DNA of 64,000 nt, taken from NCBI GenBank assembly GCA_002633005.1, contig NMRA01000743.1, forward strand, positions 62,001 to 126,000, in the 5' to 3' direction. Source of the DNA: Phoronis australis. Taxonomy: Eukaryota > Animalia > Phoronida. The notes beneath the pieces are model-generated. The model ran no database searches. It was not told the origin of the DNA and saw only the letters and a list, made by a program, of their open reading frames with translations. This document shows positions 55,201 to 64,000 of the stretch, one piece after another. The position numbers and the translations under genes are program-made. Positions within the stretch are counted from its first letter, which is position 1, and each line of letters starts with the position of its first letter.

Positions 55201-58200
55201 AATAGTCTGTGCTCAAGTATGTTACAATTTGTGCTGATGAGTGTCAAGACCAAGTTTGCACTTGATGACCCGTAGGTTTGAGCTGCAGACTCAAGTAAAA
55301 ACACAAGATTTTGAGTAAAACCTCAAAACTTCGAGATCATACTCGTAACTAATTGCGTTAATGCTGAGGTCATCAAGTGCGGGCTAGGATTAGACAGTCA
55401 TCCACATAAATCATAATGTGCTTGAACACAGAATAGCAGATACTTATTTTAAATTAGCACAAGACTACATAATCGAGTATGAGTGCAAAGATTACACTCC
55501 AGGCATTTGAAAATACCATCTCTAGTCTGGATTACTAATTTGAACTTTTGTGAAGTTTGTAATATGCTGGTGGTGTTCATATGGTGTGTTCCCCACAGGC
55601 ACCAACGCAAGCCGCTAAAGTGATGGCTACTGCTAGTGGGAATGGACTAGCTATTGTCTCGGTTATGAAGTGTTGGAATGAGGAGACCACAGAGTCAACA
55701 GCTATAGACAGCAAAGTGACGGTGAAGGATGATAATGATAACTCATACACGCTCAATGTTTGTGTGTAAGTGGTCGTTTTAGGTCAGGTCATTTATTCAG
55801 TTGCTTAAAACCTTGACTTTTGGTTTCTCGGTGATTTGGTTCAGGTTGAGGGTTTGTGATCCCAAAACAAATCAGGACATGATTGTGTTTTTAATTAATC
55901 GAAGCCGGAGACCACATGAGCATTGCTGGCTGGGCTATTCAGAATTCATATATACAGGTAATAAAACACTTATCATAAACCGAAACAGTTGTATGACTAA
56001 GAGCAAGGTTCACGAAGAACTGCTTTCACTGACCTTTCATGTCCATTCCAAAAGGTCTGTTATGTGTGTGTGACCTACACCCATGATGTGCAGCTGTAGA
56101 TAACCCTCTACCTGAAAACTAGACTTTGTCAAAAAACAATGTAGCTACCTCTGTTGTTGAGAAAGCCGTTACCAGCATCAAAATTCAGTTACAATTGGTC
56201 TTTGAACTTTAAAAATCCAGCGACAGTTACTAAATAATATATTTGTAGAAATGCATGCTTTTTATTTTTTGTCTCGGTCTCGTTATATTTCGTATTCTTC
56301 CGCGACCATAGGAAAAATGATTTGCCTTGCTCTCACAACAACAGTTATGAAGAAATGGAATTTAGAGTACGAAAGCAAGTCACTTATTACGATCACAATC
56401 AATTTTGTTTCATAAATACAGCAAGCTTTAAACATGGAAAGATTTTGTTCATGGCGTAATAACAATTGTGTGTGATTTTTACTTTAAATACACTAAGTTG
56501 ACTTTATTGTTTGTTTTGTTGTTGATCCAGGAAATCCCAAATTAGTACTGGCACTGGAATGGCTATTTCTGAAATCGAGCCTGTGACTGGGTTTTCCCCT
56601 GATTCTGAGAAACTGAAGAATATGAAGAAAATAGACTTGGTCAAGCGCATTGAAGAAAACAATGGCAAGGTCGTGGTATATTATGATGAGGTAAGCAGTG
56701 GCCATATACATTTGTGGGAACATTTTACTGTCATCTCTGGGTGAGCATCCGGTGTCTGCTGCTGTATCTCCTAAACCCCTTACAAGATTGCAATGAGATT
56801 TGGCAGATGTGTTCCTGCGAAGATGACAACAGATGATCATAGCTGAAGTTGATTTTGGGAGGTGCCTGACTACTGTGGCCCCAACCTAGTGGATGAATTT
56901 GGTAAAAAACTAGGTTTCTATCAAAGAGCCGATGGCACTTTGCCATTTTTGGATGGATTTGACGTGTTCTGCACCACCTAGTGGCCGTTTTCATATGCCC
57001 ACATATTGAGTGAAGGATTTCAATGAAAGTTGACACAAAGGTATGTTAGGACAATGCGGACGGATTCAACCACCGTAGTACCTGCTAGTGGCCATTTAGT
57101 TTTTGATAGGCTTTTCAAATGTTGTTTGGGGGAGCATTTCTGGATAATATCTAAAGAACTGATTGATGGATTTCATTGAACTTGACATGGAGGAATATTA
57201 TGCAATTGGTCCAGCATCATTAAATGTTTGGGTGGATTTGACGCAGCAGTACTTCCTAGTGGCCATTTTGTTTTCTTCAAGGGGGCTTTTCAAGTGTTGT
57301 TTGGGGGAAGAGTGTTTCTGGATGATATCAAGAGAACCGAATGATGGATTTTGATAAACCTTGACACAGAGGTATACGATATCAATGCGCTGGTACCATT
57401 TGATTTTCGGTTGGATTCGACTACTGCAGCACCTCCTAGTGGCTATTTTATAGGGAAGAGCGTTTCTGAGGATATATTTTGAATCGAGATTACGGCGTTT
57501 TCCCATTGCTCCCAACTTGTTCGATTCTATAGTCCAATAATAAGTTGGGAAGAACACCACCTGTAGCCAATATGTTACACGACTGATTAACCCCATTCTG
57601 GCATTTATGGCTGGAGGGCCAGCTCTCTTTTGTTCGATAATTGCTCTTATCTCCAGTAAGATCATATCTAGCCTGGCTGGGCTGTGCTGCTAAAATAAAA
57701 GCTAAGTTATAACATATTTCAACATAAACCAATAGCATTTATGAAATCCTCATCAAATGGTGATCATATGTTTAGTTTTTGAATTGCTGCAGCAGTGGCC
57801 ATTTTGTTCTCAAGGGGTCTTCGTGTTTGGGGGAAGAGCAATTCTGACTGATAATATCTATAAAAACGATAGACTGATGTCAACGAAATTTGACACAGAC
57901 AAAAGTGATGTCAATTGCGCCAGACCCTTTATTTTCAGTGTGTATCTGTCCACTGCAGAATGGTGACAAGGATCGAGTTTTCCAAGTGTTGTTAGGGGGA
58001 AGAGTGTTTCTGGGTGGATTTCAATGGAACTTTACATAGTTATATATGATAACCATTTGTACAGGCACCATTTTTATGCGCCCACATATTATGCCATCAT
58101 CTCCGTCCGGCGTCCGCTACTCTATCCCCAAAACCCTTTGACGTACGTTCATGAAATTTTGCACATAATTATGTTCCTATCATAGATGGAACAGCATGAG

Positions 58201-60875
58201 CGAACTTTCGGATGGGTCCGACCACCGGTGTGCTCCCTAGTGGCAATTTTTGTTTTTTACACTTACCTCTAAAGGTCCTAAACGTATTTTCATAAAATTT
58301 AGCATATAGGCATTTATTGGTAAGAACGGTTATCCTCCCGTTTTCAGATGGATTCGACGTAATTTGCGCCACCTAGTGGCCACTTTTGCTGTTTTCGAGC
58401 CTGTTTTTTGGCATCCACCCCTGTATCAACCAAACTGCTCTAAAGCTGATCGTGGAAATTGGCCTGACAATGATTTTCCGAAGATTTCGACAACTGTGGC
58501 GCCTCCTAATGGCAGTTTCTCTTTTTGCGCCCATGGCTGTATCTCCTAAACCGTTGGCAGGAACTTTACTAATTTCTTCAAGTGTATTTATGTGATGTTG
58601 ACAATGGAGGACGACTTTCCGACGGATCTGACTACCGGTGTGCCCCCTAGTGGCTATTTAATTTTTTTACGTTTACCTCAGTCTGTATCTTCAAAGGTCC
58701 TCAAGGTATTTTCATAAAATTTAAAATATAGGCACTTATTAGTGAGATGACGCTATCCTCCCGTTTTCGGATGGATTTGACGTAGTTTGCGCCACATAGT
58801 GGCCATTTTTACTGTTTTTAGTGCCCACCCCTCTATCAACCAAACCCCACTAAGGATGATTGTGAAAATTGTCATGTATGTTCTTACTACAAAGATGACT
58901 TTGACTACTGTGGCGCCTCCTAGTGGAAGTTTTTTTTTTTGCGCCTATGACTGTATCTCCTAACCCATTTGCAGCATCTTTGCTAAATTTAGCAAGTGTA
59001 TTTATATGATGTTAAAAACAGATGACAACAACTTTCGGACGGATCTGACTGTAACCACTGTGCCCCTAGTGGCAATTTTCATTTTTTAGGCTTACCTCTG
59101 TATCTTCAAAGGTCCTCAACGGATTATCAGAAAGTTTGGAATACAGGCATTTATTGGTGAGATGATGTTATCCTCCCGCTTTGGGATGGAATCGAGGAAC
59201 TTTTGCACCACCTAGTGGCCATTATTCCTGTTTTCGAGTCTTGTTTTTTGGCGTCCCCCCTCGATCAACCAAACCATTCTGGGGATGACTTTTGAAAATT
59301 GATATATGGTATATTTTCTCAGTGTGAAGAGGGCGGTTGACAATAACGCATTTAACTACTGTAGCGCCTCCTAGTGGTAGTTTTGTTTTGTGCCCATAGC
59401 TGCATCTCTTAAACTCACTGCATTGAATTTAGTAACTGTATTTATATGAAGCTAACTTAACAGATGAACTTCCTTGACAGATTTTTATGAAATTAGCTAA
59501 AATAGCTTTCTATTATAGAAGCGATGGCATGTATACCCATTTTCAGATGGATTGGATGTTTTTTTCGCCCTCTGGTTGCTATTTTTATGAAACAAACAAC
59601 CCTAGAAGCACTCCGTTTGCGGTGCATTTGTGGGTGCACATAACGCTAAATTGTCGTGAGAGACCGTCCGCAGTTGGTATATGGTGCAACTCCGGACGGT
59701 CTGGGGTCAACAGAAAAATACAGTTCAACTGTGAGTCTACGCCAAAGTGATAAACGAGAGTAGTTCTACTTGCTGCGTCAGCTGCAGGTATATCTTTTAT
59801 GACACACAATGTGTGACCGGGCAAAGCATTTTCAAAATAACGTGGATAAATCAGTGGAGTGCGAGACCCCTGAGGTCCCTGTCAAGCCCTCACTACAATT
59901 CTACGTTATGTTTCAACGCTCTGCGTTGCTCTTGTATTATCAACAAGGTGCTTTTCAAGTTCAGGCACATTTCCATATTATATCTAGAAAGCTGATCGAC
60001 AGATTTCAATTAAACTTGACCCAGCAGTATATGATGACAATGTGCCAGCCCCATCTAATTCTCGGACTCATTCCACTACTGCAGCATCTCCTCAGTATTG
60101 GCCCTTAGAAACATATCGTATGCGATTCACTGTGGGCGCATGCCAACGCCCAACGTTGCTTAAAATGTTCGAGGATCATGAAGTGATGTGTTCCTGATAA
60201 GACCTTGGCTGACATTGATTTTTGCATGGATCTGAACAGTGAAATTTCTTACACAGAAACCGGCCACTATATGCGGGCATTTGATTTTGTTGAACATTTT
60301 AAATTTTAAAAAAATGTTAAAATGACTATGAACTGTCATCACGTTATGAATTACATTTTTTGCATAAACATACATCCATTGCACTACAAAATGTGTATAC
60401 AACTGTTAAAAGGTTGTTAAGTAAAATTCAAGGATTTCCAATGTCCATTGTTGACCTCAGCAAATTGTGTCGAATTTGGAATCACATGCAGTAAGTGGGC
60501 TGTGTGACTGCTCATTCTTGTACTTTGATAGATGGTGTAACAATTTCAACATAGACCCGTCCTATTTCATTTCAGATTTCCAACACCACTCAGACTTGCC
60601 TGGACGCTCCCTTCATCCGCACTAGTATTGTCAGCAAGCCCGTGGCAGCCAGCGTGACGGTCAAGGTCTACTACAACCCCAATCTGGCTGCGACTGGTTT
60701 CTACCTACCAGGCAAAGCCAAAGATGCCCGCTTGTGTCAGCTGTGTCCAGACTGTCCCAACTGTGATGGCGTCGTTGTTCCAACTAAGCAGACTTCAGCC
60801 ACCGCAGCCACGTCTTTCAGTCTGGTTGCCATGGTTACAGTGCTCATAGTGTCCTTGGTTGCATTGATTGTGTAG
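13051..60875 (+). CDS. CD109: Thioester-containing protein, CD109/iTEP-like (alpha-2-macroglobulin family); 5'-partial multi-exon gene: one alternative bait exon plus 14 constitutive exons
   Basis: Spliced reading gives family motifs in the expected order: [125 protein letters not shown], then a Cys cluster and hydrophobic C-terminus. All junctions are GT-AG with compatible phases. The symbol is the nearest recognisable subfamily, not a tested orthology. Confidence 0.93.
13490..13641. mobile_element. Small MITE
   Basis: Termini cagtgacggat / atccgtccctg with internal G/C runs. Confidence 0.6.
13999..14152 (+). CDS. Alternative bait/variable exon B ([52 protein letters not shown])
   Basis: Acceptor ttttcccttag|TA, donor GG|gtaaag; 154 nt, phase 1 to 2; FPESWIF motif. 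Confidence 0.9.
14930..17520 (+). repeat. HINE-like repeat with internal tandem units, interrupted by a hAT-like insertion
   Basis: Head tatacccat...gtgtccggcgtccgcagctgtatctcctaa; repeated gcgccacctagtggc-type motifs. Confidence 0.7.
15273..16428. mobile_element. Non-autonomous hAT-like element
   Basis: TIRs cagggcttcatccag / ctggatgaagacctg; 8-bp TSD tctagtgg / tctggtgg (7 of 8). Confidence 0.8.
18070..18246. repeat. Tandem duplication of a ~89 bp unit
   Basis: gaggagtatgtccttaaattagaggc...ttttcatatatatttttga occurs twice in tandem. Confidence 0.9.
19209..19440. mobile_element. Small MITE
   Basis: ctggagcccgttcc / ggaatgggcccctg imperfect inverted ends; internal cttaag palindromes. Confidence 0.5.
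19931..20033 (+). CDS. Alternative bait/variable exon C, short ([35 protein letters not shown])
   Basis: Not in the ORF track. Acceptor attttcacag|AT, donor TG|gtaaca; 103 nt, phase 1 to 2, open frame; [12 protein letters not shown] matches the motif of the other exons. Confidence 0.78.
20325..20876. mobile_element. PIF/Harbinger-like MITE
   Basis: Perfect inverted match taggccttttcatact (20323-20338) / agtatgaaaaggccta (20863-20878); GGCC ends in T/A context. Confidence 0.75.
22249..22426 (+). CDS. Alternative bait/variable exon D ([60 protein letters not shown])
   Basis: Acceptor tgtttcag|TG, donor GG|gtatgc; 178 nt, phase 1 to 2; FPEAWLW motif. Confidence 0.9.
25240..27850 (+). mobile_element. 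~2.6 kb non-autonomous Tc1/mariner (Tc2/pogo-like) element
   Basis: Ends taccgtaaacgttcggtttaacgccc / gggcgttgaatccgaaagtttatggca; subterminal gggcgcttaa repeats at both ends; no transposase ORF seen. Confidence 0.75.
30645..30762 (+). CDS. TEP constitutive exon 1 after the bait cluster ([39 protein letters not shown])
   Basis: ttttgaag|G start in phase 2, matching all bait exons; AAG|gtgatc end; PDTITSW motif. Confidence 0.93.
31280..31393 (+). CDS. TEP exon ([38 protein letters not shown])
   Basis: tctttccag|CTG ... AAA|gtgagt; 114 nt, phase 0-0. Confidence 0.93.
33100..33342 (+). CDS. TEP exon ([11 protein letters not shown]...[10 protein letters not shown])
   Basis: ctctcttag|ACT ... 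AAG|gtttga; 243 nt, phase 0-0. Confidence 0.9.
34902..35046 (+). CDS. TEP exon ([16 protein letters not shown]...SQSIMIKTT)
   Basis: ctgttcaag|CCT GAA GGT ... G|gtaggt; 145 nt, phase 0-1; completes the K-PEG motif. Confidence 0.9.
36500..36790. repeat. Dispersed repeat, inverted copy of 57490-57785
   Basis: agagcaattatagaacaaaagagagctggccc is the near reverse complement of gggccagctctcttttgttcgataattgctct. Confidence 0.8.
37128..37304 (+). CDS. TEP thioester exon ([39 protein letters not shown]...)
   Basis: tgtacag|GT ... G|gtgagc; 177 nt, phase 1-1; GCGEQ encoded at 37184-37198. Confidence 0.97.
39741..39822 (+). CDS. TEP exon ([28 protein letters not shown])
   Basis: tgtttcag|GT ... TG|gttagt; 82 nt, phase 1-2; conserved thioester-domain motif. 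Confidence 0.96.
39885..40100 (+). mobile_element. tRNA-derived SINE
   Basis: Pol III A box tggcctagtgg (39894-39904) and B box ggttcaagtcc (39938-39948), followed by a CORE-like cctcagttt...atctgt...aaaatgg segment. Confidence 0.65.
41713..41869 (+). CDS. TEP exon with catalytic His ([52 protein letters not shown])
   Basis: tcgtctag|G ... CAG|gtcagg; 157 nt, phase 2-0; His codon at 41855-41857. Confidence 0.95.
42919..42999 (+). CDS. TEP exon ([27 protein letters not shown])
   Basis: ttttccag|GGA ... ACG|gtaatg; 81 nt, phase 0-0. Confidence 0.93.
43807..43987 (+). CDS. TEP exon ([14 protein letters not shown]...[13 protein letters not shown]...MATRE)
   Basis: ccacag|GTT ... G|gtaaga; 181 nt, phase 0-1. 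Confidence 0.93.
44782..45618. repeat. ~417 bp near-identical tandem duplication across the N at 45199 (likely assembly overlap)
   Basis: 44782-45198 is repeated at 45200-45618 with only a few substitutions. Confidence 0.9.
47318..48750 (-). mobile_element. Second, deleted and inverted copy of the Tc2/pogo-like element
   Basis: Begins taccgtaaactttt...ttaacgccc; reverse complement of the 27690-27850 and 25340-25560 blocks. Confidence 0.75.
48869..49068 (+). CDS. TEP exon ([10 protein letters not shown]...[12 protein letters not shown]...[17 protein letters not shown])
   Basis: ttttaaag|GT ... CAG|gttggt; 200 nt, phase 1-0. Confidence 0.94.
50812..50988 (+). CDS. TEP exon ([14 protein letters not shown]...[10 protein letters not shown])
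   Basis: ttattctag|GAC ... CAG|gtatgc; 177 nt, phase 0-0; completes [11 protein letters not shown]. Confidence 0.94.
52635..52801 (+). CDS. TEP exon ([22 protein letters not shown]...YTLNVCV), copy 1
   Basis: ccccacag|GCA ... GT|gtaagt; 167 nt, phase 0-2. Confidence 0.9.
54226..54385 (+). CDS. TEP receptor-binding (MG8) exon ([21 protein letters not shown]...KVVVYYDE), copy 1
   Basis: gatccag|G ... GAG|gtaagc; 160 nt, phase 2-0. Confidence 0.9.
55599..55765 (+). CDS. Duplicate of exon 52635-52801 (probably the other haplotype)
   Basis: Near-identical with intact splice sites; Q>E and M>T differences; lies in a block repeated after the N at 55160. Confidence 0.6.
56531..56690 (+). CDS. Duplicate of exon 54226-54385 (probably the other haplotype)
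   Basis: Near-identical with intact splice sites; D>N difference. Confidence 0.6.
58071..60165 (+). mobile_element. HINE/DINE-1-like non-autonomous Helentron-associated element with internal tandem array
   Basis: 11-bp sub-terminal inverted repeats atgcgcccaca (58076-58086) / tgtgggcgcat (60131-60141); T-run at the 5' end; ccgtccggcgtccg microsatellite-like head; 3' hairpin caacg-cccaa-cgttg. Confidence 0.65.
60576..60875 (+). CDS. TEP terminal exon ([13 protein letters not shown]...VYYNP...[11 protein letters not shown]...[26 protein letters not shown])
   Basis: tttcatttcag|ATT, phase 0, 99 codons plus TAG; Cys cluster, then small residues and a hydrophobic terminus with no cytoplasmic tail. 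Confidence 0.93.
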   Translation: MSNTTQTCLDAPFIRTSIVSKPVAASVTVKVYYNPNLAATGFYLPGKAKDARLCQLCPDCPNCDGVVVPTKQTSATAATSFSLVAMVTVLIVSLVALIV

Positions 60876-61810
60876 AATTACACTAGTGGAGCCTGTTTGC
60901 TTGACATTACCTCGCTAATATTAAAAGACGACTAAGTTTCTAATCCAGTTATGTACTATCCAAGAAGTGCTCTGTTATGTAGACATTCCAGAGATAACTA
61001 TCCATATCATCTTTACAATGCAGGTTAAAATGAAAGAGGATCTCACTGTCCTGTTATTCTAGTAAGATTACAATCACAAATACTTGTAGTGGGGATATAT
61101 TATTCTGCAAGTGTAGGTGCTTCCGTTGTTGACATGTGAAGCACTCTTTTTAAGCATGGTCACACGGCAGTGCTATGGGAAATTTCTGAACGCAACCCGC
61201 AGGACCTCTTTTCAGAAAGTGGCTTTTTGGTCTGCCTCAAGTACCCCTGGGTGATAATTGTATGGAGAAATACGAAGCGAAAGTGTTACAAGAATTATTT
61301 TACTTTGATGCTAATCTGGTTCAAAAGGAGTGATGAAAAGAATGCAACATGACAATTTTTCAGTTTCCAACAGAGCCTGCAATTATTAATCCATTTTGGG
61401 GACTTTGGAAATTATCAAACATAATCCTGGTGTCAAAAGTACATCTATTAGACCCATTTTCACCTTTTCCTTTTACTCAAATGTAGGTGAGCCTCTTTTT
61501 CAGAAATTCTCATGTTTTTCGTGAATGGTTGATTAAAATTTAGCTAGTCAACCAGGAACATGTCTGTTTGGTGTATATATCAATTGTACTGTGAACATTT
61601 GTTGTGATCTTATGTCATATATTTGGATCCTTGCACTGCATATTTCTGCGACAATACACATGAAAACTGATATATATGGTGTACTCTTAAGATGTACTTA
61701 TTTCTGACCACCAATATGCAGAAAACAATGTCTAAGTATATACTGCATAATACATTAAAAATGCATTTTTGTTGTAAAAATCTGAAGCGACTGTAGGTCT
61801 TGTGATGCAA

Positions 61811-61816
61811 AATAAA
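61811..61816 (+). terminator. Candidate polyadenylation signal
   Basis: AATAAA about 0.9 kb after the stop, with a T/GT-rich tract near 61875-61905; the hexamer is common in AT-rich DNA. Confidence 0.3.
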
Positions 61817-64000
61817 TATCCTAATTGTATCTGGACGTCCGAAATTACACATCAGGCTCATACCTTTCTAGTTCTAGTTTTTTTATTTGTGAGTTTTTGT
61901 TTGATGATCTTTGGTGTCAGTTGTGGTACTTAATATTTGCATACTATCTATTCAAGAAACGTGTTTTGGGTTATGTTATCATAATAGAATAGTCAATTAT
62001 TTTTGTCTTTTATAACCATTGTCCAGTTATAAGCCTATGGGCTCACACTTATGACTTAAAAATGGGGATGGGCTAATGTATTGAACATGCATCAATAAGC
62101 CCGTGCTTCTACAATTGTGCATACACCCATGAGTTGTGAATCATAGGAGATGCTCTTACAAATAATGCAGTCAGATTCTATTTTCTGAGGCAGCTTTGTA
62201 CTAGCAAGTGACTGAGTGCGAAGGTGAGTTTAATTTGAAGTGGACTAACGAGCAGAAGGTGGGCATATACTCATCAGGTGGGTTTATGTGCAAGAACGAA
62301 CAAAAAGTTGGGTTGGGTAATCTTTGTTTTTACCCGAGAATTGGCTCATACCTGGCTGAATACGGTAACTTCAATTTTCCTTGATTTGTGCAAAAAACTT
62401 GATGAATCAAACAGACTTCAATGGGTGATCATGTAGATCTCTGACCACTGAGTGTGTTGTTGCTGTTTCAGTTTCACAATAAACAATTATTTGCTTGGTG
62501 TACAGTTTGTTCTGTGTCCATTGGCCAAATTGGGTCCTTTGTGCCGCGGCCAGTTTGCAATCACATTTTTGGATTCAGCTCGCCAGTTTTGTACGGTTTA
62601 GTGACCTAGTTTTCAAAAGGTAGGGTGGCTATCTCACTTTGAAGCCGAGTTGGACGTGACCTGATTTATCATGCGTCACTACCTCTAGTTTGCGACTCAC
62701 AAACCAACAGTAATCCTTCGTTTACATCAGAATGCCAAATGGAAACTAATACTGAAGTAATTAACACAGCACCAGTGCATAACTGTAGGACAGGTCCCGA
62801 CACACAAGTAGCATTGTGGGTAAATACTGCAGAACTAACGGGGGGCGCTTTGGTATTCCAGCATGAAATATAACGCACACGTGTTAGTAATAACATGGGA
62901 TATCAGCGCGGTTTGTACTGAACAGTTGTCTTGAAACATCAGTGGAAATTTGATCATCAGCAGTGAGAGCCACCACAGACAAAGAACTAGAAGCTCAGCT
63001 CACTGTCCTGTAAACTATATTTTTGTAGTATAAGTACGAATTATTAGTAAAGTAAATGTAGCACCAATGCTAGACAACTGAAATTTTATTTTGTCACATT
63101 TCTCAACAAATTAAAATAGATATTAAGAAAATTTTAGTCAGTTACTGGCTTCGTCGTAAAATAACATTCCAATATTTATGCTAGAGTAATCCATAATTAT
63201 TTTTGTTCAACATAAGTGAGGAATTACACAGTCATATGGCTACAATGAATGAGCGAGATTTGTTGTCCAGTGATTCAATAATTTTCATTGGCCACCAAGA
63301 CTAATCAACTAAACACTTGGCACACCTCGCCTGAACGCCGTGAGGATTTACGGTACTCGGGTTGAAGAAAATCAACAAGTGAGACATTCACAAAAGAAAT
63401 CTAACAAGCGAGACATTCACCTCGTCTCAGTAGAGGCAAAATCTTAATGGTAGAGCTATGAGCTGAGCTTATTTGCATTAGAACCACGTAACTCTCCGTC
63501 TGTGGATACCTTCAGTAGAAAAACTGTTTTCCCATGTAGAGCCGTATTGTATTTTTTGTCAACACTGCTATTGAAGCGAGCTCATCTCAATGGATGGTAT
63601 ACATTTAGAGTAATGAAATTAACCGGGAAAAGTGTTTCAGTGAAATTTTGTAGAATGATATCAGTTTGCAGTGGAATCTATTTTAAGCTTTTAATCACAC
63701 ATGTTAGCACTCAGCTACACATCTGATTTTGGAACCAAATGGAGTTTTATGAATGTTTCTGCAATCACACTCCACCACAGTTGTTCGATGGTGGAGGACT
63801 GACATTTTTTTATGAGGGATATGTACCATCAAGTGACAGTATTAATGTTAAACCATTTTCAAGTTCTGTAACATAACTTCCAAGTTGCAATATTTTGAAA
63901 AATTATGGGTATATTCGCAATTATGTTGGAAGAGAAATGAAAAATGACAATTTTGACAACTATTTTTGTGAGCAATTGGAGAGACTTCATGTTGCAAAAC

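Larger units (their letters stand above)
52196..57485. repeat. Tandem duplication (52196-55159 vs 55161-57485) across the N at 55160, including two exons
   Basis: Colinear and highly similar; differs by SNPs and indels, including ~0.6 kb present only in copy 1 (about 53560-54165). Confidence 0.92.

Noticed and set aside
58230-59580. Regularly spaced short motif resembling a CRISPR array
   Set aside because: Eukaryotic intron; the intervening sequences are homologous to each other, the repeats are degenerate, and there are no cas genes.

Overview
AT-rich, repeat-dense animal (invertebrate-type) genomic DNA. Most ORF-track entries are spurious. The window holds the 3' part of one large + strand intron-rich gene for a thioester-containing protein of the CD109/insect-TEP branch of the alpha-2-macroglobulin family. 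I traced 14 constitutive exons (30645-60875, about 767 codons). All junctions are GT-AG and phase-consistent, the GCGEQ thioester is intact, the catalytic His is present, and the protein ends in a Cys cluster and a GPI-like hydrophobic tail. The 5' exons lie upstream of the window. The main finding is a cluster of at least four paralogous, apparently mutually exclusive bait/hypervariable-region exons (13051, 13999, 19931, 22249). Each is phase 1 to phase 2, 3n+1 nt long, and encodes an unrelated variable segment followed by the conserved R-x-x-F-P-x-x-W-x-W/F motif. Several weaker candidate relics of the same exon lie nearby. Two duplications flank single-N gaps; one repeats two coding exons, and both are probably assembly artefacts. 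Introns carry many non-autonomous elements (hAT-like, Tc2/pogo-like, PIF-like, HINE-like repeats with arrays of CTCF-like motifs) and a tRNA-derived SINE. All coordinates and translations were read by eye; no searches were run.
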